Positions 18,502-27,900 of a stretch of DNA of 64,000 bases are shown here, piece by piece (position 1 is the first letter of the stretch; each line of letters starts with the position of its first letter). The position numbers were made by a program, and so were the translations under genes. Source of the DNA: an uncultured Verrucomicrobiae bacterium (GTDB taxonomy: Bacteria > Verrucomicrobiota > Verrucomicrobiia > Limisphaerales > Palsa-1400). The DNA lies in the NCBI GenBank assembly GCA_963764165.1, contig CAVXRD010000002.1:3551161-3615160 (forward strand). The letters are read 5' to 3'. The notes below the pieces were generated by a model that was not told the DNA's origin, did not search any database, and worked only from the letters and a program-made list of their open reading frames with translations.

Positions 18502-21500
18502 GTGAGGGCGATTTGTCGGTGTCCATTTGTCGGTTGGCAACTCCAACGCAAGCCGCTACTATTCAGCACTACCGGAGTGGCTCCTGAACAAACACGACCA
18601 GCACTTCACGGGTCTGCGCGCGGGCGGCGCGCCAGTGAACGTGTCGCAAAAGTTTTAACGTTGATTCTGGCGATTCTCTCCGTGATCAGCCCTGCCGCGG
18701 GGCAGGCCGGCAGTCCAATATTCGGCGATCTTCAAAAAGACTATATTGTTGATCATTGGCAGACAGACGACGGCCTTCCACAGAATTCAATCACTGCCAT
18801 CGCCCAGGACACCAACGGTTATTTATGGCTGGGCACGTTTAACGGATTGGTTCGGTTTGACGGCGTGCGGTTTGTCGTCTTTAACAACAGAAACAACCCG
18901 GCCCTCGCCAACAATCGCATCGTCACGCTTTTTGTCCATCACGATGCTCTCTGGATGGCAGATGAGGAGGGCGCCGCTATTTGCCACCGAAAGGGGAAGT
19001 TTACGCGGTTTACCCGGAAGGACGGATTGCCGCCCCGCGGAGTCCAGGATTTCTACACCGATCCCGAGGACAACCTATGGTTCACCTCGCATGACAATGC
19101 CGGCAGCTTCCGATTCGAGAATGGAAAGTTCGTCCGCCGCCTGCCGCCAACGCCCGGCGGCGGCGGATCCATGTCCAGCGTCACGTTCGATTCGGCCGGT
19201 TCGTTTTGGGCGGTTCAAGGCAAAGATATTGTGCATGTCACCGGCTTCACCAACGATTTCGTTTCGACGACGGAAATCGTCCGCTACAGATACAATTTCG
19301 AGCAGAGCGGGCTTCTCGTGCCGGTCAGTGAAAGCAAAATAAAACCGATGGGCGGGTTGGCTTTGGCGCCAGCCCGCGCTGGGGGCTTCTGGATTGCCTC
19401 GCGGACGGGATTGGCCAAATTTCGCGCCGGCCAGTGCCTAGCAAAGTTTGCGGCCACGACAGACAGTCTCGCCGGACTGTTGGAGGATTCGCAGGGTTGT
19501 ATCTGGGCGGGAACGTACAGGGCAGGCTTGTATCGATTGACGCCGCAAGGAACGGTGGAGCGATTCCGGCTTTCCGAAGATTCGCCCGGCGAGCAAATAC
19601 GCGCCCTGGCGGAAGATGTGGAAGGCAACATTTGGGCAGGTACGGATGGCGAGGGGTTATTTCGTTTTCGGCGGCGGTTCTTCTCCACCTACGGAATCAA
19701 TGATGGACTGACGTCGAAGGTGGTGAAATCCGTCAGCGAAGGCAAAGACGGAACACTTTACGTATGCACCCTTGGCCATGTGGATGTTTTTGCGACCGGT
19801 TCGGTTTCCACCAATGGCGGACGACCGGCTTTTGCCCGCCAAAAACACTACGATCTGATGGGTGCCTGGTGTGGATTGGTGGACCGCGGCGGGAGATTTT
19901 GGCTTGGGACGTTTGGCCGGGGCGTTTTCGCGCTCGAGGATGACAACTTTGTCAAATTGCCAATCGTCGGAACGAATGGCAACTATTTTTCCGGACAGAG
20001 CGTCGTTCAGTCGCTCCTTCAGGACCGTGAGGGCAAGCTCTGGTGCGGAACGGAACAGGGACTCTTCTGCGTGAGCAACCAGATCATGCAACAGGTTGAT
20101 TTTCCGGCGGGCGTCGCCAGCGACGTGACCGCCCTGGCCGCCGACACCCGCAACAATCTATATGTCGCGACGGAAGACGGATGTCTCTGGCGCGGTTTTC
20201 AAGGCAACTGGGTCCAATATTCAAGACACGACGGATTGCCTGGCGACCAGATTACTTCAATTGTCGCGGACTCCAACGATACACTTTGGCTGGGCACGGC
20301 GAGCTCCGGGTTATGGAGGGGCGCCGCTGGAAAATTCTCCGCTTTTCCAGTGGGAAACGATGGATTTCCCAGCACCATTTTGAGCATCATCGAAGATGCG
20401 CACCAGGACTTCTGGCTTGGCTCCGAGCACGGAATCTTCCTGGCATCCCGCCAGGAGTTAAATGACTTCGCCAATGGAAAGACAAATTCCTATCACTGCA
20501 TGCGCTTTGACAAGTCGGATGGACTTGGGAACTCGGAATGCGCGGCCATGCCATCGGCATCCTGCCAGGGGCCGGACGGACGGCTTTGGTTTGCGACCCT
20601 GGGCGGAATTTCCGTGGTGGAACCGGCTCGGATGAAGCCCAACAACCTGCCTCCGCCAGTTTTGATTGAAGAGGCGGACATTGACTGGAATCCCACCGCA
20701 ATTTTGGGCGGTGGAATTGTGGTGCCGCCTGGCGGACACGATGTCGAAATCAAATTTACCGGCTTGAGCCTCGCCTCGCCCAATAAGATGCAATTCAAAT
20801 ACAAGCTCGATGGAATGCCGGGCGAATGGCGATATGCCGATGCCAGAAGCCGGGCGGTGCAGTTTAGCTCGCTGGCGCCAGGCAAGTATGCTTTTCGGGT
20901 GACGGCTTGCAACAATGACGGTGTTTGGAACGAAACCGGCGCCGCGCTGCAACTGGTGCTCCAGCCAAGATATTGGCAAACGTGGTGGTTCCGGGCGCTC
21001 GTCGTGGTGGCGGCGGCCGGAACTTTTGTGTCAGCTTCCATCCTGCGCATGAATCAATTGAAACGCGCCCACGCCGCCCAGTCCGAATTTTCACGGCAGC
21101 TTATTAACGCGGAGGAAGCGGAGCGCAAGCGCATCGCCGGCGAGCTTCATGATAGCCTCGGCCAGGAATTGCTCATCATCCAGAACCGGGCAATCCTGGC
21201 GCTAATGGAGTCTAACGCGCCTCCGCCAATGGTCGAACATCTGCGAGAGATTTCCAACGGAGCGGCCAACGCGATCGAGGAAGTCCGGGCCACGGCGTTT
21301 CGACTGCGCCCGGTCGAACTCGATAAGCTCGGCTTGACCCGGGCGGCGGAAGCAATGATTCAAAAGGCGGCCGCTGCTTCTGGAATCAAGTTTTCGATGG
21401 AACTCGAAGAAGTCCGCGGTTCCCTGACATCGGAAAAGGAAATAGGCATTTACCGCATCCTCCAGGAGGCCATCAACAACATCATGAAGCATTCGCAGGC

Positions 21501-21729
21501 CAAATCGGTCATTGTCGAATTGAGGCGCGAGCCGCCAGTCTTGCGGCTGTCGCTGCTGGATGACGGGGTCGGATTCGACCCCCAGGCACAGGACCAATCG
21601 GCTGTTCCGTCGGGTTTTGGATTGAAAGGAATCGCGCAGCGTTGCAAACTCATGGGCGGCGATTTCCAGGTCCTTTCCGCCGCCGGCAAAGGGACGCGTT
21701 TGACGGTTAGCGTCCCATTGCGGAATTAA
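18502..21729 (+). CDS. Ligand-binding sensor histidine kinase (Reg_prop propellers, Y_Y_Y, TM, HisKA_3, HATPase_c); start uncertain
   Basis: GLPQNSITAIAQDTNGYLWLGT-type repeats, LAPGKYAFRV, PRYWQTWWF TM, ERKRIAGELHDSLGQ, EAINNIMKHS, DDGVGF, GFGL. Confidence 0.93.
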   Translation: MRAICRCPFVGWQLQRKPLLFSTTGVAPEQTRPALHGSARGRRASERVAKVLTLILAILSVISPAAGQAGSPIFGDLQKDYIVDHWQTDDGLPQNSITAIAQDTNGYLWLGTFNGLVRFDGVRFVVFNNRNNPALANNRIVTLFVHHDALWMADEEGAAICHRKGKFTRFTRKDGLPPRGVQDFYTDPEDNLWFTSHDNAGSFRFENGKFVRRLPPTPGGGGSMSSVTFDSAGSFWAVQGKDIVHVTGFTNDFVSTTEIVRYRYNFEQSGLLVPVSESKIKPMGGLALAPARAGGFWIASRTGLAKFRAGQCLAKFAATTDSLAGLLEDSQGCIWAGTYRAGLYRLTPQGTVERFRLSEDSPGEQIRALAEDVEGNIWAGTDGEGLFRFRRRFFSTYGINDGLTSKVVKSVSEGKDGTLYVCTLGHVDVFATGSVSTNGGRPAFARQKHYDLMGAWCGLVDRGGRFWLGTFGRGVFALEDDNFVKLPIVGTNGNYFSGQSVVQSLLQDREGKLWCGTEQGLFCVSNQIMQQVDFPAGVASDVTALAADTRNNLYVATEDGCLWRGFQGNWVQYSRHDGLPGDQITSIVADSNDTLWLGTASSGLWRGAAGKFSAFPVGNDGFPSTILSIIEDAHQDFWLGSEHGIFLASRQELNDFANGKTNSYHCMRFDKSDGLGNSECAAMPSASCQGPDGRLWFATLGGISVVEPARMKPNNLPPPVLIEEADIDWNPTAILGGGIVVPPGGHDVEIKFTGLSLASPNKMQFKYKLDGMPGEWRYADARSRAVQFSSLAPGKYAFRVTACNNDGVWNETGAALQLVLQPRYWQTWWFRALVVVAAAGTFVSASILRMNQLKRAHAAQSEFSRQLINAEEAERKRIAGELHDSLGQELLIIQNRAILALMESNAPPPMVEHLREISNGAANAIEEVRATAFRLRPVELDKLGLTRAAEAMIQKAAAASGIKFSMELEEVRGSLTSEKEIGIYRILQEAINNIMKHSQAKSVIVELRREPPVLRLSLLDDGVGFDPQAQDQSAVPSGFGLKGIAQRCKLMGGDFQVLSAAGKGTRLTVSVPLRN

Positions 21730-22278
21730 TGATGACCCAAAAAAACAACAGTATTCTCTGTTGAAGATCATCCGATTTTTCGCCGCGGCCTGCGAGGTGC
21801 TCGAGGGCGATGGCCGTTTGGCGGTGGTCGGCGAGGCGGGGCGCTCCGGCAAGTCCGCCCGCCTGTCAATGTCATTGTTCTGACGATGTGCAAAGAGGAA
21901 ACGATCGTCAACCCGGCGCTGGATCGTGGAGTCAAAGGGTACATTCTCAAGGACAACGCGGCGGTGGATGTCATTACGGGGATAAAAGCGGTGGCGGCGG
22001 GAGAAGTTTTTTTGAGCCCGAGCATCTCCGGTTATTTGCTTCGACGTCGGGAACGGACCACCGCGCTGCACGCCACCAAACCGGAGAAGCGTTCGCCAAC
22101 CGAACGCCGCGTGTTGAAGCTTTTATCCGAAAATGAAACCAGCAAACAAATTGGCGAAACCCTTTTCATCAGTCACCGAACGGTGGAAACGCATCTGACC
22201 AACATCCGCTGCAAGCTGGAATTGAAAGGCCCGCATTCGCTCCTCCAGTTTGCGATCAAGAATCGTTCCGAGTTGTAA
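21729..22278 (+). pseudogene. NarL/LuxR-family response regulator with frameshifted, internally deleted receiver domain
   Basis: REC fragments lie in different frames (TVFSVEDHPIFRRGLR / EVLEGDGRLAVVGEAG / ALRQVRPPVNVIVLTM) and the segment carrying the phospho-Asp is missing. The LuxR HTH (TSKQIGETLFISHRTVETH) is intact. Confidence 0.8.
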
Positions 22279-22283
22279 AAAAA

Positions 22284-22348
22284 CTACGTAGTACTACGTA
22301 GGCAGAATACACAACACTACCGAGGGCAAAATCCGCAGCTTTGCGGAT
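22284..22348. promoter_or_regulatory. Candidate NarL/LuxR-type operator array
   Basis: Perfect 18-bp palindrome CTACGTAGTACTACGTAG (22284-22301), degenerate box TACACAACACTACCGA (22308-22323), palindrome ATCCGCA-GCTT-TGCGGAT (22331-22348). Confidence 0.65.
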
Positions 22349-22386
22349 GCCCTAAAAGGCTCATCCCGAGGCATTATCGCCGGGTT

Positions 22387-22752
22387 GTGGCCAAAATTCT
22401 AATTGTCGAGGACAGCGCTCCCATGCGCGCCATGATCCGCCTCATGGTTGCCCGCCAGGGAGATGAGGTGCACGAATGCGCCGACGGAGCGGCGGCATTG
22501 GATGCCTACGCCGAGTTTAGCCCGGAATGGGTGACGATGGATCTCGAACTCGGCGCAACAGACGGCTTGATGGCGACCGAGCAAATCAAATCCGCCTTCC
22601 CCGCGGCCCGGATCATGATTGTCACCCAACACGACAACGACGCGCTTCGCGATGCCGCCCTCAAGGCGGGAGCATGCGCCTATGTGCTCAAGGACAACCT
22701 TTCCCGACTCCGCGAACTGTTCGCCGGCCCCCGGCCACCCAACAGCAAATGA
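22387..22752 (+). CDS. Single-domain response regulator (REC only)
   Basis: ILIVEDS, VTMDL (phospho-Asp), IMIVT, GACAYVLKD. Confidence 0.9.
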   Translation: MAKILIVEDSAPMRAMIRLMVARQGDEVHECADGAAALDAYAEFSPEWVTMDLELGATDGLMATEQIKSAFPAARIMIVTQHDNDALRDAALKAGACAYVLKDNLSRLRELFAGPRPPNSK

Positions 22753-22789
22753 GACCGCAATTCCAACTTTGTAAAATCAAACCGCCCCG

Positions 22790-24973
22790 ATGAAAAAGAC
22801 CTTCTTCCCAGCGCTGTTTGCAATTGGATTGATCGCCGGCCCGGCGAAGCTGCTGGCGCAAATGCACACCAACATAGTGTATGTCAATCAATACGCGCCG
22901 AGTTCAAGCCAGCAGACAGGAGCGAACTGGGCCAATGCTTACTTTGACTTGCAGGATGCTCTCACCGCTGTCCAGCCCACAGCCAATACGGTGGTGGAAT
23001 TTTGGGTGGCAGGCGGAACCTATTATCCAGTAACGCCCCAGGATGAACTCAATCCGCTGGCAGCTCTCGAAATAAGGTACTCTTCTTTTAATTTGGCCAG
23101 CCATTTGCACATTCGCGGCGGTTTCAACGGCTGGGAAAGCAGCCCAGACCAGCGCGGAGGCCTGACGCTCACGGTGCTGAGCGGGGACATCGGCACGCCC
23201 ATGGTCAATCCAATTACCAGTTCATCGAATCCATTGACGTTGGCCGACCAGCCGTTCGATCCGAACGATCCCGGCCTGGCGGATAATTGTTACAATGTCA
23301 TTCGGGGAACGGATTGTACCGATGTCGTTTTGGACAGTTTGGTGATCACCGGGGGCTGCGCCAATGGCACCAATTTTTATTCTTTCCAGGATATCCAGGC
23401 GATGTCGGTGGCGGCGCCGATTCCTGACGACTTCCCGGTCAATCAAGACCCGGCGGGAGAGGCAGAAGTTGATTTGGACCCGGTATTGGCGGGGGGCGGG
23501 TTATTTGTCTCAAACCAATACATGCGGACCTACGAGAAGCAGTTGGCAGTCACTGGATGCACGTTCATTAATAATTACACGTCGGGCTATGGAGGGGCGG
23601 TGGCCTTGAAAGACACCCAAGCCGAGATTCTATTTTGCAATTTTTATAACAATCAAAGCGAACAGGAAGGCGGGGCGATTTATGGCCAGAACCAATATTC
23701 GTCTGTATTCGGCTGCGCGTTTGGGGGCAACGCCTCGGCATTTGACGGGGGGGCGCTTTATTTTGAATCGTTTCCGTCCTGGAAGACTATGATTCCAGGC
23801 AACGTGTTGGATTTCCTGCCGCAAAATCCGACAGTGGATGAGTTATCGGCAGTGTTTGTGGTGGCCGTGGGTGGCACCTTGCTCAATGAAGATCAGTTTT
23901 TCTCGGACACTATTACAGCCACCAAAATGGCGAATAACACCCGAGTTTGTTTAAATGGAACTGTGCAGGCGGAGGAAGCAGGTGAAGAGGGTTCCTTCGC
24001 TTCGGATTTATTTTATAAGACGCTTCCGGCCAATCCGGTTGCGAAAGTGACGGCGGTAATTGAGGCCGATGGCGCGGCGGACACGACCGTAGCCGCCCTG
24101 GGGGTGGCAGGCAATGTCTATGGCCTTCTCACCGTCTCCGTCACCGTCGGGAATCTCATCAACGACAAGTGGGGCAACCCAAACTCCACCGCGTACAAGA
24201 ATTGGCAGATTTTTGCAAACGGCTTTAACACTTATGCCACGCCGGCGGGGTGGATTACGTTGCTGATCAATGCGATCACGACGTCGGAGAATAACCAACT
24301 CCAGGAGGAGCAGGCGGAATCTCTCCGGCAACGGGCCGTGGCGACCAAATCGCAGGAGGCAAGTCAGTATAACTGGAGCGATTACTCGACGATTGTCGAT
24401 TGCACGTTTACGAACAATGAGAGCGGCCTTGGTGGCGCGGCGGGGATTTTTTATGATAATGTCCAAATTGAGAATTCTGTTTTTGAACAGAACGTGGCAC
24501 TCTCAGGCGGGGGCGCGTTGGATATCGAATTCTGGAACAGCCCGTTCGTGTTCAACTGCGGATTTTACCAGAACAGTTGCCGGACCAACGGAACCAGCGC
24601 GGCCATGAATCTCCACAATTCCCGCACCAAATTCATCAATTGCACGTTCAACGAGAACTACGCCGGGGGGAGCAGCACCATGTCCAACGGCTGCGCGGTG
24701 AGCAGCGAGTTGGGGGCGGACATCGTCGTGGCCAATTCGATTCTTTGGGGCAATACCAACCCGGCGCTGGCGAACGGCGGCGCGGACCTTCTGGTTGTTA
24801 CCACCAACATGCTTTCCGCCACCAACTACAACGCCTACATCGCCGCGGATGCCGATGACTGCCGGTGGATCGGCCAATGCGATTTGCGAAACAGTTGCGT
24901 GCAGAGTTTGAACATTTTGCCGCAGGGAAGCGAGACTTTCTTCATTTACGATTTCGGGACGTGGTACGTATAA
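22790..24973 (+). CDS. N-terminal part of the giant secreted protein: signal peptide plus most of beta-helix module 1
   Basis: Signal peptide MKKTFFPALFAIGLIAGPAKLLA; YVN...G.NWANAY.DLQDAL, WVAGGTYYP, GGA(I/L/V)/FxxN repeats. Stops before the module's C-terminal cap, which is found in another frame. Confidence 0.85.
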   Translation: MKKTFFPALFAIGLIAGPAKLLAQMHTNIVYVNQYAPSSSQQTGANWANAYFDLQDALTAVQPTANTVVEFWVAGGTYYPVTPQDELNPLAALEIRYSSFNLASHLHIRGGFNGWESSPDQRGGLTLTVLSGDIGTPMVNPITSSSNPLTLADQPFDPNDPGLADNCYNVIRGTDCTDVVLDSLVITGGCANGTNFYSFQDIQAMSVAAPIPDDFPVNQDPAGEAEVDLDPVLAGGGLFVSNQYMRTYEKQLAVTGCTFINNYTSGYGGAVALKDTQAEILFCNFYNNQSEQEGGAIYGQNQYSSVFGCAFGGNASAFDGGALYFESFPSWKTMIPGNVLDFLPQNPTVDELSAVFVVAVGGTLLNEDQFFSDTITATKMANNTRVCLNGTVQAEEAGEEGSFASDLFYKTLPANPVAKVTAVIEADGAADTTVAALGVAGNVYGLLTVSVTVGNLINDKWGNPNSTAYKNWQIFANGFNTYATPAGWITLLINAITTSENNQLQEEQAESLRQRAVATKSQEASQYNWSDYSTIVDCTFTNNESGLGGAAGIFYDNVQIENSVFEQNVALSGGGALDIEFWNSPFVFNCGFYQNSCRTNGTSAAMNLHNSRTKFINCTFNENYAGGSSTMSNGCAVSSELGADIVVANSILWGNTNPALANGGADLLVVTTNMLSATNYNAYIAADADDCRWIGQCDLRNSCVQSLNILPQGSETFFIYDFGTWYV

Positions 24974-27900
24974 TTCAGTTAACAACCAGAATCTTATCTC
25001 GCCCCTCTACACTGGGACTTACCAACAATATGTCGCTGCCGCCGAAGCGGCCTTTAATAGTGCGAATACAGACGAGACGCTCTACGAGAATGGTTTCTAC
25101 AATTCCGGGATGGGGATTCGTCCCGGGGCCTTTACCGGCGCCAACGGCAACATCAGCAGCGATCCGTATCTAGCCAATAAATATCAGCCGGAATTGTTTT
25201 CACCCGTCATCGGCGCCGGCAGCACCAACGTTCTCAACAATGGATTTAACCAACTCATTACGACCTACGATCTTCTAGGCAATCCGCGCTATTACAATGG
25301 CAACATTGACATGGGGGCGACCCAGAATCAGGGAGTGGCGCCGCCGGGCACGATCATTTACGTCAACAAAAATGTCGTCGGAGGCTACCATAATGGCCAG
25401 GACTGGGCCGATGCGTATAGTGACTTGCAGTCGGCCTTGTCCGCGGGGGGGGAACAGTCCCAGGTATGGGTTGCCAGCGGAACGTATATCCCCAACACGG
25501 CATTGTATTTCGCCGGGTTCGATGTGCCAGAGGGGGTATCGGTCTACGGCGGATTCTCCGGCATACCCGGAACGGAAGGGAATCTGGCGGCGTCCCAACC
25601 GGCATTAACACCGACGGTCCTGGCGGGCAGCCGATTATCCGGATCAGGCATTATGACTGCCTATGGCGAGGACAGTTACGCCAGCTTTGCCACTTTCAGC
25701 GGGCTGACGTTCTCGAATGCTCCCGGAGGAGTCGCTCTTGATGTGGACCATTCCTCAGCAATCCAAAACTGTCTTTTCATATCGAATCAAAGCACGCCCG
25801 GCGCTTTGGAAGCCTTCAGCGATCCCCAGCAGATTCGCGCCGTCACGGTTTACGTCACAGATTGCCAGTTTCTGAGCAATTCCTGCACCGGGATCTTTTC
25901 CTCTTGCAGCGATACGGAAGTATCCGACAGCGTTTTTGAAGGAAACCGCTCGACCGGAAACGTGGCCGCGATCGCTGCCGTTGTGGGAGATGATAGAGGG
26001 TTGCTCCACATTTATGATTCGCTTTTCGCGAACAACACCGCGGCGGAAACGGATGGCGGCGCGGTGTCCATTGACGGATTGCAGGGGAATATCGAGAATT
26101 GCACATTCTTTGGGAACCAGGTCAACGCCTCCGCTAATGGCGCGTCCGCCGGCGGCGCGGCCGTGATTTTTAACGCGGAAGACAACGGCTTCCTGTGGGT
26201 GGCCAACTCGATCTTCTACCAGAATAGCGCGGTCAATAGCGGGTCCGGCGGGGTGGATTCGCCAGAGCTGCAACAGATTCAAACCGAGGGATCAAGCGCC
26301 TATTTCATCAGCTATAGCCTGATTGAAGAGGCCAGTAATTATATTGACAATCCGCAAACGGTTTTCCCCGGCAATCCCGGGTTCCGCGCCTCGTCTGTGG
26401 GTAATTTCCAATTGGATCCCAGTTCACCCGCCATTGGCGCGGGCACAATCTCGGAGAGGTATCTTCCTTACGGATACCCGCAAACGGACCTGGCCGGCAA
26501 TGGGCGTGTGATCGGTGAGCGAATGGATTTGGGTCCTTATGAGTATCAAGGCAATGTCACACCCCCGACCAGTCTTCCGGTGATTGTCGAAATTACTAAT
26601 TATAGCTCGAGCGGGATCGCCGAGACAAATTTTACGACCGACGAACCGCCGCTGACATACGTCACGACCAGTTGCAACGGTCCGGGACCAGTCTATCAAA
26701 TCACCTGTCTTTTAGGGACAAACGCCCCTGTCAGATGGTATGTCAACCGCAACGACGGCAAAGGGTGGGTGGGGTTGACGGATGATAATGTCACCAGCGG
26801 TTCAGCCACCACCGTACTGACAATTACCGACCCGCCGACAACCATGAACGGATGGCAATACGAACTGCGAGGAAGCCCCGGCCCCGGCGGAATTCCTTTC
26901 AATTTCACTTCGCTTTCATCCGCGATCACAGTCGATTCTCCGGTTATCTTTGTGAACGCGGCGGCCAAAGGCGGACGGCATGATGGCAGCACGTGGGCGA
27001 ATGCATTCAACGATCTGGGAAGCGCCCTGGCTGAAGCGTCGCCCTGCCATCAGATTTGGGTGGCCGCCGGAACTAATCCGGTGAATTCCTTGAGCCTGGA
27101 GTCGGGTGTGGCGGTCTATGGCGGTTTTGCCGGCAATGAAACCAGCCTTGCGCAACGCAATTGGAGGGTCCACGTGACGACGTTGACGGGGTTTGCCAAC
27201 GGCTCGAACAGCGTTGCGGGACAAACGCCGAATCTCTTCGTCAACGACGGCGCCCGGGGGAACTGTGACGCGACGGCCATTCTGGATGGATTTGTCCTGA
27301 CGGCGGCCAATAGTTCGGCCATTGACAATATAGACGGCGCAAGCCCAACGATCCGGAATTGCGTGTTTACAGGCAATTCGGGAGATGGGGCGGCAATTCA
27401 GGACCAGAACGCGTCCGCGCCGCATGTAACCGCCTGTATCTTTAGCAATAACTTTGCCGGGGCTGGCACGATGTTTGAGAACGGGGGTGTAGCGACCATT
27501 GACAACTGCCTGTTTCTGAACAACTCGGCGGACGAAGGCGGGGCGATATTTGCGGTGAATTCCACCGTCGCGATTATCAACTGCACGATTGCTGGAAACG
27601 TCGCCCGGGAGAATGGCGGGGGTATTTGTGAGGGCAACGGCGTGGAAACGGAGCAGAGTGTTCTCAACATCTATAACTGCATTATTTGGGGCAACACGGT
27701 GAATTCGTCCATTGGCAGCGCTCCTTCGACACTAAGCGCCCAACTGCACCAAGCTTCAATTAACGATACAGCAAACGTGATGAATTCGGACATTGAAGCG
27801 TGGCCGAATAATGCGAACGGGAATATCGCCTACGATCCCTTGTTTAATGCGGATTATACGCTCGATACCAACTCACCGGCGGTCAATAGCGGGAGCAATG

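Noticed and set aside
24971..24973. Stop-codon readthrough or alternative genetic code in the giant gene
   Set aside because: The continuation is in a different frame, and other genes end normally at TAA, TAG and TGA.
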